Assembly (NCBI GenBank): GCA_025351245.1
Contig: JANXWH010000133.1
Location: 1,450 to 65,449 of the forward strand
DNA from: Chloroflexota bacterium
Lineage (GTDB): Bacteria > Chloroflexota > Limnocylindria > Limnocylindrales > CSP1-4
Direction: 5' to 3'
DNA: 64,000 nt
This document shows, in pieces, positions 54,653 through 63,362 of the stretch (position 1 is its first letter; each line of letters begins with the position of its first letter). Below the pieces are notes generated by a model. It did not search any database and was not told the origin of the DNA. It saw only the letters and a program-made list of their open reading frames with translations. The position numbers and the translations under genes were made by a program.

Positions 54653-55060
54653 TCAGGCGCCGGCGGTCTCGTCGTCCCTTGGCGCGGCCACATCGGCGGC
54701 CGGCTCCGACTCGTCGGCCTTCGCTGCCTGGTCGTCGGTCCCGACGCGGTTCCTGATCTCCTCGGCGAAGCGGCGCGATCGGTCGGCGACGCGCGTGCCG
54801 ACCGCCTCCGTCTTCTCCGCGGCGCGCTTCGCAAATGGCCCTGCCTTGTCGCCCGCCACGGCGGCGAGCTCGGCCGCCTTGGCCGCCACGTCGCGTGCGA
54901 CCGGGGCCGCGTGCGCGGCGACCTGGTCGATCATCTGCTGGAGCTGCGCAAGCCACTCGCGGGCCTGCGACGGGGCCGTATGCGCCTCCGGGGGCGTCCC
55001 CTGGTCGGCGGGCGGCTCTTCGGCCGCGGGCTCGGTGGGCGGGAGCTGCTGATCGGTCAT
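54653..55060 (-). CDS. Hypothetical acidic, Ala-rich protein (135 aa, predicted disordered/helical)
   Basis: The ATG at 55060 has a strong SD, AAGGAGA, at 6-nt spacing. MTDQQLPPTEPAAEEPPADQGTPPEAHTAPSQAREWLAQLQQMIDQVAAHAAPVARDVAAKAAELAAV... No recognisable domain. Confidence 0.55.
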   Translation of the reverse strand: MTDQQLPPTEPAAEEPPADQGTPPEAHTAPSQAREWLAQLQQMIDQVAAHAAPVARDVAAKAAELAAVAGDKAGPFAKRAAEKTEAVGTRVADRSRRFAEEIRNRVGTDDQAAKADESEPAADVAAPRDDETAGA

Positions 55061-55159
55061 CGGTGGTCTCCTTGCGACTGGTACGCGCATTCTCCGTCAC
55101 GACGCGGGAGGGGCCAAGTGCCGTCCGGACTCTGGTGCCGTCGCACGTTCGGGGACGGG

Positions 55160-57691
55160 TCAGAGAAGGCTTTCCGGGTCCACGTCCACGGACCACGGGG
55201 GGCCCGGATCTCCCCCGAGCACGGCCACTGGATCGGCGCCGCGGAGCACGAGGTTGAAGCGCCAGCGTCCCCCCCGGCGTGGCACGTACGCCGGGGCGGG
55301 TCCAGCGATCGTAACCCGTGACGGCAGGGCGGCGGCGCGGGTGCGCAGTCGCTCGGCCATCGCGCGCGCCTCCGCGCGGGCAGCCTCGCGGTCCTCGGCG
55401 CCCACCGTGAGCTTGACGGTGCGCCCGAATGGAGGCGCGCCGAACCGCTTGCGGAGGGCCAGCTCGGCGAGGTAGAACGCGTCCGCGTCGCCCGCCACGA
55501 CGGCCCGGATCGCCGGGTGGTCGGGCTGGTACGTCTGGATCACCGCCCGCCCGCGCCGCTCGCCCCGACCCGCGCGCCCGATCGCCTGGACCAGGAGCTG
55601 GTAGGTCCGCTCCGCGGCGCGCTCGTCGGGCAGCGTCAGCGCGATGTCGGCGGAGACGATACCGACCAGTGTCACCTCCGGCACGTCGAGGCCCTTCGTC
55701 ACGAGGCTCGTCCCGACCAGGACGTCGAGGCGGCCCTCCGTGAACGCGTCGATCAGCCGCTCCGCGGCGCCGCGGCGCTCGACCACGTCTCGGTCCAGGC
55801 GGCCGACCCGGAGCGCCGGGAAGCGCGACCGGACCTCGCTCTCGAGTCGCTCCGTTCCGCCGCCGAGGAACCGGATGCGGGGCGAGCCGCACGCCGGGCA
55901 CCGCGCGACCATCGGTGCCGCCGCCCCGCAGTGGTGGCAGCGGAGCGTCATGCCCGCCTGGTGGTAGACGAGCGGCCGGGTGCACTCCTGGCAGGCCTGC
56001 ACATGGCCGCAGTCGCGGCAGAGAACGGCCGATGCGGCCCCGCGCCGGTTGATGACGAGGATCGCCCGGTCGCCCACGCCCGGGTCCAGGGCCGCGATGA
56101 GCGCCGTCAGCCGATCGGAGAGCAGCCCACGATTGCCAGCGGCGAGCTCCGCCCGGAGATCGATCAGCTCCACGGCCGGTGCGACGCCCGCCGCGCGCTC
56201 GGCCAGCGTGCAGCGGCGGTACACGCCGTCGCGCGCCAGCCCGTAGGTCTCGACGGACGGGGTGGCGCTCCCCAGGATCACGGCGGCGCCCGCCAGCCGA
56301 CCCAGCGTCACGGCCAGGTCGCGGGCCTGGATCCGCGGCGTCCGGTCGCTCTTGAAGGCAGCGTCGTGCTCCTCGTCGACGATCACGAGCCCCACGTCCG
56401 GGAGCGGTGCCAGGACCGCGAGGCGAGTCCCGACCACCACCTCGACCGCGCCCGCCCGGATCCGCCGCCATGCGTCCGCGCGCTCGCCCTGGCCGAGTCC
56501 CGAATGGAGGATCGCCACCTCGGCCCCCAGCTCCGCACGCAGCCGGTCGACGAGCGGCAGCGCCAGCGCGATCTCGGGCACGAGGATCAGCGCCGGGCGG
56601 CCCGCCTCGAGCACCGCCGCGATCGCCTCCGCGTAGACGGCGGTCTTGCCCGAGCCCGTCGGCCCGTCCAGGAGGAGCGGCGTCGGGTCGCGCGCGGCGA
56701 TTGCTGCAAGGACGATACGCAGCGCGTCCGCCTGCGTCGTCGTGAGGTCGGATCCCGACGGGCGCGCGCCTCGACGGCCCGTGCGTCGTCGAGTGGCGAG
56801 CGGGTCCCGGGTCACCTCGCGCGTGGCGAGCGCCACCAGGCCGCGCCGAGAGAGCGTCGCTGCCGCGCTTTGGCCGTGGCGCTCCGCAAGCCCGGGCGCA
56901 GGGACGCCGGGATCGTCGGGCGCCAGCCCGGCAAGCTCAAGGAGGAGCGACCGCTGTCGCGGCCCGACCGGGCGGCCGTCTGGAGCGCGGGACCCGCCGG
57001 CAACCCCACGTCCGGCATCGGTAAGTTGGGCGATGCGCTCGTGGCGCGGCCCCGCGCCGGCCGCGGTGAGCGTCCATTCGAGGTGGACCCTGCCGTTGCC
57101 CTCGAGGGCCCGCAGCCGCCGGACGAGCGCTGCCCGGCCGTCGGGCGCGGGCAGGTCCCGGACGGCCCGGGGACCTCCGGCGATCGCGAGGAGCAGGTCG
57201 GCCGTCGCGGGATCACGGCCGGGCTTCGAGGGTTCGGACCCGGGTGCGGGCGTCGGCGCAAGAGGATCGAGAGGCGTGGCCACCAGCTCCAGCTTCTCGA
57301 GCAGCCCGGGCGGGAGCATCGCCCGGATGGCGAGCGCCGGCGGGGCAAGGTAGTGCGCCGCGATCTCGCGTGCGAGCGACAGCGCGAGCGGTGGCAGCAG
57401 CGGTCCGTCGGCGCGCACCCGCGCCCCCAGCGGCCGGGCCGTGACGCCATCGGGCGACGGGGCGTCGCCCAGGACGATCCCCACGGCCCGCCGGCGGCCC
57501 CATTCCACGAGGACCGCTTCGCCGGCGGCCACGTCGGCGAGCGAATCCGGGACGAGGTAGGTCCACGTTCGGCTCCCCGCAACGCCGGCCGCATCCACCG
57601 CCACCTCCACGAGGCGTGCGGCCGGCGGCGCCTCGACGACTCCGAAGCCGTCGCGGCCGACCGCCGCGGCAGGCGGCCCGCCCTCCGCCAT
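55160..57691 (-). CDS. priA: Primosomal protein N' (PriA helicase)
   Basis: LLDGPTGSGKTAVYAEAIAAVLEAGRPALILVPEIAL...VIVDEEHD... plus a zinc-binding CRDCGHVQACQECTRPLVYHQAGMTLRCHHCG. Confidence 0.9.
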   Translation of the reverse strand: MAEGGPPAAAVGRDGFGVVEAPPAARLVEVAVDAAGVAGSRTWTYLVPDSLADVAAGEAVLVEWGRRRAVGIVLGDAPSPDGVTARPLGARVRADGPLLPPLALSLAREIAAHYLAPPALAIRAMLPPGLLEKLELVATPLDPLAPTPAPGSEPSKPGRDPATADLLLAIAGGPRAVRDLPAPDGRAALVRRLRALEGNGRVHLEWTLTAAGAGPRHERIAQLTDAGRGVAGGSRAPDGRPVGPRQRSLLLELAGLAPDDPGVPAPGLAERHGQSAAATLSRRGLVALATREVTRDPLATRRRTGRRGARPSGSDLTTTQADALRIVLAAIAARDPTPLLLDGPTGSGKTAVYAEAIAAVLEAGRPALILVPEIALALPLVDRLRAELGAEVAILHSGLGQGERADAWRRIRAGAVEVVVGTRLAVLAPLPDVGLVIVDEEHDAAFKSDRTPRIQARDLAVTLGRLAGAAVILGSATPSVETYGLARDGVYRRCTLAERAAGVAPAVELIDLRAELAAGNRGLLSDRLTALIAALDPGVGDRAILVINRRGAASAVLCRDCGHVQACQECTRPLVYHQAGMTLRCHHCGAAAPMVARCPACGSPRIRFLGGGTERLESEVRSRFPALRVGRLDRDVVERRGAAERLIDAFTEGRLDVLVGTSLVTKGLDVPEVTLVGIVSADIALTLPDERAAERTYQLLVQAIGRAGRGERRGRAVIQTYQPDHPAIRAVVAGDADAFYLAELALRKRFGAPPFGRTVKLTVGAEDREAARAEARAMAERLRTRAAALPSRVTIAGPAPAYVPRRGGRWRFNLVLRGADPVAVLGGDPGPPWSVDVDPESLL

Positions 57692-57695
57692 CGGC

Positions 57696-58364
57696 CTAGA
57701 CGACGACCCGGCGGTCGGGATGCTTCACCCGTTCGGCGCGGATGATCGCGTCGATCTGCTCTGCCGTCCGCTCCACCTGGCCGTCCCCATTGATGACCAC
57801 CTCGTCGTAGTCGCCCTGCCGGGCCAGCTCGATCGCGGCGTTGCGCTGGCGAATCTCCAGCTCGCCCGCTGACTCGGTCGCGCGCGAGCGCAGGCGCCGG
57901 AAGAGCGCCTCCAGGGACGGCGGCACGACGAACACGAGGAGGGCATCCGGGACGCAGGCTTTGACCGTGGCGGCTCCCTGCACGTCGATCTTGAGGATCA
58001 CGTCGTGGCCGGAGGCGAGCGCACGGCGGACTTCGGCGCGCGGCGTTGCGTACAGGTTCCCGTGTACTTCGGCCCACTCCAGGAACGCCCCGGCGTCTCG
58101 CAGAGCACGAAACCGCTCCCGGGTCAGGAAGTGGTAGCTCCGTGCATCCTCCTCGCCCGGCCGCGGAGCCCGCGTGGTGCAGGTCACGACGTAGTGGTAG
58201 TCCGGATCGCGGGGCCGGGCCCGCAGCGCCTTGATGATGGTGTCCTTGCCGACGCCGGACGGCCCCGAGACGACCACGAGCAGCGCGCCCGGTGCCCCCG
58301 CGCTCGGCGCGCCGAACAGCGGGTCGTCGGTTGAAGGCGCCGAGTCGAGCGGCCGCTCCCTCAT
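57696..58364 (-). CDS. gmk: Guanylate kinase
   Basis: LLVVVSGPSGVGKDTIIKALRAR...YHYVVTCTTRAPRPGEEDARSYHF. The ATG at 58364 overlaps the rluD stop as ATGA. Confidence 0.9.
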   Translation of the reverse strand: MRERPLDSAPSTDDPLFGAPSAGAPGALLVVVSGPSGVGKDTIIKALRARPRDPDYHYVVTCTTRAPRPGEEDARSYHFLTRERFRALRDAGAFLEWAEVHGNLYATPRAEVRRALASGHDVILKIDVQGAATVKACVPDALLVFVVPPSLEALFRRLRSRATESAGELEIRQRNAAIELARQGDYDEVVINGDGQVERTAEQIDAIIRAERVKHPDRRVVV

Positions 58365-59323
58365 CGCGTGTGGCCGGGCTCGGGGCCGGCCGTTCCGGGC
58401 GCCCCCGTCGCGATCGCGCGAAGCCGCCCGAGGACGGGCTCCAGTGCCTCCGGCAGGGGCGCCTCGACCCGCACGAGGTCGCCCGTCGCAGGTGATGCGA
58501 AGACGATCCGCCAGGCATGCAGGAAGAGCCGCTCCAGGCCGTCCGGGCCGCGCCGCGAGGTCCCCGTGCCGTAGACGGGGTCGCCCGCGACCGCATGGCC
58601 CAGGGCCGCCAGGTGGACCCGGATCTGGTGGGTCCGGCCGGTGACGAGGTCCACCTCGAGGAGGGTCCAACCGCGGAAGCGCTCGCGAACCCGGTACCCG
58701 GTGACGGACGGCCGTCCATCGGCGACCACGGCCATCCGGGTCCGCTGCCGCGGATCGCGCCCGATCGGCGCCTCGATCCGGCCGGCGGCCGCCTCCACGC
58801 TCCCCTGGACCAGCGCGAGGTACGTCTTCTTTACCCGGCGCGCCTTGAGCTGCGCCATGAGGCTGGTCTGGGCCGCGTCCGTCTTGGCAACCATGATCAG
58901 CCCGGACGTGTCCCGGTCCAGGCGATGCACGATCCCCGGCCGCAGGACGCCAGCGATGCCGCCGTATTCCGTGTCGCGGGCCAGCAGCGCATTGACCATC
59001 GTCCCGCTCCAGTGCCCGGGCGATGGGTGGACGACGAGCCCGGAAGGCTTGTTGACCACCAGAACGTCCGGGTCCTCGTACAGGACCTCGAGCGGGATCG
59101 CCTCGGGCTCGATGTCGGCCGGCTGGGCCGCCGGAACGCGGAGGAGCAGCGCGTCCCCGGCCCGCACGACGGAGCGCGCCTTGAGGGGCACCCCGTCGAC
59201 GGTCAGGTGCCCATCCGCGATCAGGCGCTGGATCCGGCTCCGCGAAAGGCCCGAGAGGTCCGAGGCGATGCGGTCCACGCGTCCACCCGACCCATCCGGG
59301 ACCACGAGGCGGAGCTCGGTCAT
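58361..59323 (-). CDS. rluD: RluA-family 23S rRNA pseudouridine synthase (RluD-like) with N-terminal S4 domain
   Basis: RVDRIASDLSGLSRSRIQRLIADGHLTVDG (S4 domain)...VLVVNKPSGLVVHPSPG...HRLDRDTSGLIMVAKT. The ATG at 59323 overlaps the lspA stop. Confidence 0.85.
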   Translation of the reverse strand: MTELRLVVPDGSGGRVDRIASDLSGLSRSRIQRLIADGHLTVDGVPLKARSVVRAGDALLLRVPAAQPADIEPEAIPLEVLYEDPDVLVVNKPSGLVVHPSPGHWSGTMVNALLARDTEYGGIAGVLRPGIVHRLDRDTSGLIMVAKTDAAQTSLMAQLKARRVKKTYLALVQGSVEAAAGRIEAPIGRDPRQRTRMAVVADGRPSVTGYRVRERFRGWTLLEVDLVTGRTHQIRVHLAALGHAVAGDPVYGTGTSRRGPDGLERLFLHAWRIVFASPATGDLVRVEAPLPEALEPVLGRLRAIATGAPGTAGPEPGHTR

Positions 59324-59865
59324 CCGGCGATCCAGGGCCGACGACGCGAGGGCCAGAAGGCCATGAGGATCAGCAGGACCAGCGCCGCGCTGATCGCCGC
59401 ATCCGCGACGTTGTAGGTGTAGAAGCGCAGGTCGCCGACGCCCATGTCGACGAAGTCGACGACGTAGCCCAGCCGCAGGCGATCGGCGAGATTGCCGACG
59501 GCGCCGCCGAGCAGGAGGCCCAGGGCGAGCGTCGCGAGCCAGCCGCTCGTGGCCACCGACCGCCCGTGGAACCAGACGATGAGCGCCACGACGCCGATGC
59601 TGAGCGCGGCGAACAGGACCGCCTGGTCCCGGAACAGCCCGAAGAGGGCGCCCGTGTTGTGGATGTGCCAGATCCGGACGTGGTCGCCGAAGACCGGCAG
59701 GACCGAGCCGAACGCGACGTTGGCCACGACCCATGCCTTGGCGAGCTGGTCGGCGATCACGATGCCCGCGGCGAGGACCAGGAACGCGACCCAGTGCCGC
59801 GATGCCCGGACCGGGGCGTTGGCCGGAATCGGGCTCGGCTCCCCGGGCTGCGCGGCGTCACGCAT
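59320..59865 (-). CDS. lspA: Lipoprotein signal peptidase II
   Basis: ADQLAKAWVVANVAFGSVLPVFGDHVRIWHIHNTGALFGL...VGNLADRLRLGYVVDFVDM. Confidence 0.85.
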   Translation of the reverse strand: MRDAAQPGEPSPIPANAPVRASRHWVAFLVLAAGIVIADQLAKAWVVANVAFGSVLPVFGDHVRIWHIHNTGALFGLFRDQAVLFAALSIGVVALIVWFHGRSVATSGWLATLALGLLLGGAVGNLADRLRLGYVVDFVDMGVGDLRFYTYNVADAAISAALVLLILMAFWPSRRRPWIAG

Positions 59866-62800
59866 TCGCCGGCTCCGCCCCGTCGCCGGGGACCGCCCGG
59901 CGGAGCGCGACGCGCGCCTCGCCGCCGGACAGCTTCACGCCCGCGATCGGCCAGCCGGCCGGCGGAGCGCCCGTCGTGACGCGGTAGGCGAGCGTCTCGG
60001 CCGCGACCGCCTGGAGGTACGGGGCAATGCGCGCCGCGTCCACGCCGAGGTCCACGATCAGGTCGATCCGGTCGTCAAGCTCCAGGCCGGTGTCGCGGCG
60101 AAGGTCCTGGACCGCCCGCTGGAGCTCCCGCGCATCGCCCTCGGCGCGCAGCGCGTCGGTCAGCTCCGTATCGATCACCACGACCAGCCCGTCATCGTGC
60201 GCGACCGCGGTCCCCGGGCGGGGCGAGGCAAGGATCTCCACCTCGTCCGGCGCGAGCACGATGCCCGCGAGGGCGACGCTCCCGTCGGCGCGCACCTCGA
60301 ACGCGCCATTGCGCGCCGCCGCCATCACGGCCGGGATCGCGGCGCCGAGCTTTCGGCCGATCTTCGGCAGGAGGGGCTTGATGCGTCGCTCGACGAGCTC
60401 CGACTCGTCCCCGATCCGAATGACCTCCTTGACGTTGACTTCTTCCGCGATGACGCCGAGGAGGGCGTCGAGGTCCGCGTGCGCGGCACCGGGGAGCGCT
60501 ATCCAGAGCCGCGCCAGCGGCTGGCGCGTCTTCAGGCCGGCCTGCGAGCGGAGCGTCCGTGCCAGCTCGACGGCGCGCTGGGCGCGAGCCGTGACCGCCT
60601 CGAGCGCCTCGTCGCGCAGGGGGGCGAGCTCGGCGGCCGGCCAGCGCGTCAGGTGGACGCTGTCGGGCGCCTGGAGTCCCGCCGCGACGACGAGATTCTG
60701 GTGGATCGCCTCGGTCAGGAACGGGAGCAGCGGCGCCATCACCCGCACCAGCCCGGTGAGTGCCGCATGGAGCGTGGCGAACGCCGCGTCGCGGTCGGTG
60801 GGATCGTCCGAGCGCGAGAAGCGCTTCCGGTTCCGTCGCAGGTACCACGTGGAAAGCTCGTCGATGAACCGGGAGATCGTGCCCGCGGCGGCGTCCGGGT
60901 CGTAGTTCGCCAGGCGATCCTCGACGCGCGCGGCGACGCCGGCCAGGCGCGAGAGGATCCAGCGGTCAAGCGGCGGACGTCCCGCAACCTTCGTCGGGTC
61001 CGGTGCCGTCGCCGCGTCCGCGCCCGGCGACCAGCCCGCCAGCCGCGCATACGTGACGAAGAACGCGTAGACGTTCCAGAGCACCAGCAGCTCGCGGCGC
61101 GCCTCGTCGGCCGCATGCCAGCCGAACAGGATGTTGTCGTCGGGACGCGCGTTCGCGTACATCCAGCGCATGACGTCGACGCCCATCCGCTCGGCGGCCT
61201 CGTCGAACTCGATGGCGTTGCCCCAGCTCTTGTGCATGGGGCGGCCGTCCTCGCCGAAGAGCGTCGCGTAGCCGAAGATCGTCGTGAAGGGCGCCTCGCG
61301 ACGAAGGACCGTGCTCATCGCGAGCATCGAGTAGAACCAGTTCCGGAACTGGCCGGGGAAGCTCTCCGTTACGAAGTCGGCCGGGAACCACTGCTGCCAG
61401 TAGGCGGGGTCCTCCCGGTAGTGAAGCGTGGAGAAGGGCACGATCCCGGCGTCGAGCCAGGGGTTCCCCACGTCCGGGATCCGCGAGACCGGGGCCCCAC
61501 AGGTCCGGCAGGCGATCTTGACGGCGTCCACGTACGGCCGGTGGGCCGTGTGCCCCTCCAGCTGGTCCCAGCCCTCCACGGCCCGCGCGCCCAGCTCCTC
61601 GCGACCGCCGACGACGTCGAAGCTGCCGCAGGCCGTACAGTCGTAGATCGGCAGCGCCAGCCCCCAGTAGCGCTTCTTGCTGATCATCCAGTCGTGCATG
61701 TTGAGGAGCCAGTCCAGCTCCCGTTCGTACCCGAACGACGGCAGCCACCGGATGCCGTCCACGACCTCCATGATCTGGTACCGGAGGCTCGCGTCCACCT
61801 GCTCCCTCGAGAGCTGGTCGCGCGGCACGTCATAGACCGGCCCCATGCTGACGAACCACTCGTCGACGAGGCGGAAGACGAGCGGCGTGCCGCAGCGCCA
61901 GCAGTGCGGGTAGCGGTGGACGATCGGCTCCAGCCGGTAGAACAGCCCGTGATGCTTCAGGTGCTCCACGACGGGCTCGGCGCTGTCCCGGACGTCGCGT
62001 CCCGCGAGGAAGCCGAACCCCTCGATGAAGACCCCGCCTTCGTCGAGCGGGGCGAGCATCGGCAGGCCGAGCGCCTTCCCCAGCGCGAAGTCCTCGGCGC
62101 CGCACCCGGGCGCGATGTGGACGATCCCTGTCCCCTCGTCCTCGCCGACCTCGTCCCAGGCGACGACCCGGTGCTCGTACGGCCCGCCGCCGGCACCGCG
62201 ATCCGCGAAGGCCGTGCGGACAGCCGGCAGCTCGTCGAAGGGGCCGCGATACCGCCAGCCCACCAGATCGGATCCCGGGCGCTCCTCCAGGATCTCGAAC
62301 GGCCCGATCAGCGCCTGCTTCAGCGTCCCCTTGCCCAGCCAGAAGACGCCCTCGCCCTGGCGCACCTTCACGTAGCCCAGCCCGGCACCAACGGCCGCCG
62401 CCACGTTGGACGTCAGCGTCCAGGGCGTCGTGGTCCAGACGAGGAGTGCCTCGCCGGGCCGGTCCAGCAACGGGAAGCGCACCGTCAGGCCGGGGTCCGT
62501 GCGGTCCGCGTATCCCTCGGTCATCTCGTGCTGGCTGATCCCGGTCCCGCAGCGGGCGCACCACGGCATCGTGTCGTGGCCCTTGTAGAGCCAGCCGCGC
62601 CGGTGGCACTCGGCGAGGAACCCCCAGATCAGGTCATTGTTCTCGTTGCTGAACGTGAAGTACGAGCCGCCGAGCTCCGGCATCCCCAGCCGGCCCACGA
62701 GCATCTCCACCCCGTCAGTGACGGGCCCGTGCGGCCCATCCAGGGTGGCCCGGGCGGCCGGATCGGCGCCCAGCAGGTCGCGCAGCCGGCGCAGCTCGTC

Positions 62801-63241
62801 CGGGTCGTTCCAGTCCATCCAGTAACCCAGCCGGATCGACTGCTCCGTCTGGCGCGCCGCGAACGTGAGCACGCGCTGCTTGCAGAGGCGCACGAACTCG
62901 GCGATCCCGTGCTCCTCGATGTCGCGCTTCGAGGTGAATCCCAGGTCGCGCTCCACGTTGACCTCCACCCAGAGGCCCTGGCAGTCGAAGCCGTTCTGCC
63001 AGCGCTGGTCCTCGCCGCGCATGGCGTGGAAGCGCTGGAAGACATCCTTGTACATTCGACCCCAGGCGTGGTGGACGCCCATCGGGTTGTTGGCCGTGAT
63101 CGGCCCGTCGAGGAAGCTCCAGCGCGGCCCGCCCGCGTTCTGGGCGCGCAGGCGAGCGAACGTTCGGCGCTCGCGCCAGAGGGTGAGGATCTCGTGCTCC
63201 TGGGCGACGAGGTCGGGCTTGCTGGTGACGGGTGCGAACAT
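59858..63241 (-). CDS. ileS: Isoleucine--tRNA ligase
   Basis: PITANNPMGVHHAWGRMYKDVFQRF (HIGH-type region)...CWRCGTPLVFRLVDEWF...KSWGNAIE (KMSKS region). 1127 aa. Its 3' end overlaps the lspA start by 8 nt. Confidence 0.95.
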   Translation of the reverse strand: MFAPVTSKPDLVAQEHEILTLWRERRTFARLRAQNAGGPRWSFLDGPITANNPMGVHHAWGRMYKDVFQRFHAMRGEDQRWQNGFDCQGLWVEVNVERDLGFTSKRDIEEHGIAEFVRLCKQRVLTFAARQTEQSIRLGYWMDWNDPDELRRLRDLLGADPAARATLDGPHGPVTDGVEMLVGRLGMPELGGSYFTFSNENNDLIWGFLAECHRRGWLYKGHDTMPWCARCGTGISQHEMTEGYADRTDPGLTVRFPLLDRPGEALLVWTTTPWTLTSNVAAAVGAGLGYVKVRQGEGVFWLGKGTLKQALIGPFEILEERPGSDLVGWRYRGPFDELPAVRTAFADRGAGGGPYEHRVVAWDEVGEDEGTGIVHIAPGCGAEDFALGKALGLPMLAPLDEGGVFIEGFGFLAGRDVRDSAEPVVEHLKHHGLFYRLEPIVHRYPHCWRCGTPLVFRLVDEWFVSMGPVYDVPRDQLSREQVDASLRYQIMEVVDGIRWLPSFGYERELDWLLNMHDWMISKKRYWGLALPIYDCTACGSFDVVGGREELGARAVEGWDQLEGHTAHRPYVDAVKIACRTCGAPVSRIPDVGNPWLDAGIVPFSTLHYREDPAYWQQWFPADFVTESFPGQFRNWFYSMLAMSTVLRREAPFTTIFGYATLFGEDGRPMHKSWGNAIEFDEAAERMGVDVMRWMYANARPDDNILFGWHAADEARRELLVLWNVYAFFVTYARLAGWSPGADAATAPDPTKVAGRPPLDRWILSRLAGVAARVEDRLANYDPDAAAGTISRFIDELSTWYLRRNRKRFSRSDDPTDRDAAFATLHAALTGLVRVMAPLLPFLTEAIHQNLVVAAGLQAPDSVHLTRWPAAELAPLRDEALEAVTARAQRAVELARTLRSQAGLKTRQPLARLWIALPGAAHADLDALLGVIAEEVNVKEVIRIGDESELVERRIKPLLPKIGRKLGAAIPAVMAAARNGAFEVRADGSVALAGIVLAPDEVEILASPRPGTAVAHDDGLVVVIDTELTDALRAEGDARELQRAVQDLRRDTGLELDDRIDLIVDLGVDAARIAPYLQAVAAETLAYRVTTGAPPAGWPIAGVKLSGGEARVALRRAVPGDGAEPANA

Positions 63242-63362
63242 CTGGCCTCGGGCGCGGGTGGGATCTGGCGGGCCGGGGGTGCACGAGCGTCACGCGTCGG
63301 CCCGGTCGGCCGTCACAGCGCCTCGGACACACCCCACGGAGGTTCCCCGTATCCTACCCGCG

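Noticed and set aside
63242-63362. Possible T-box or other riboswitch leader upstream of ileS
   Set aside because: The untranslated region is only about 120 nt. I could not find the conserved T-box 14-mer (AGGGUGGNACCGCG) or a convincing terminator/antiterminator pair; the nearest match is a partial GGGTGTGTCCGAGG. The region also doubles as the promoter region of the divergent membrane-protein gene.
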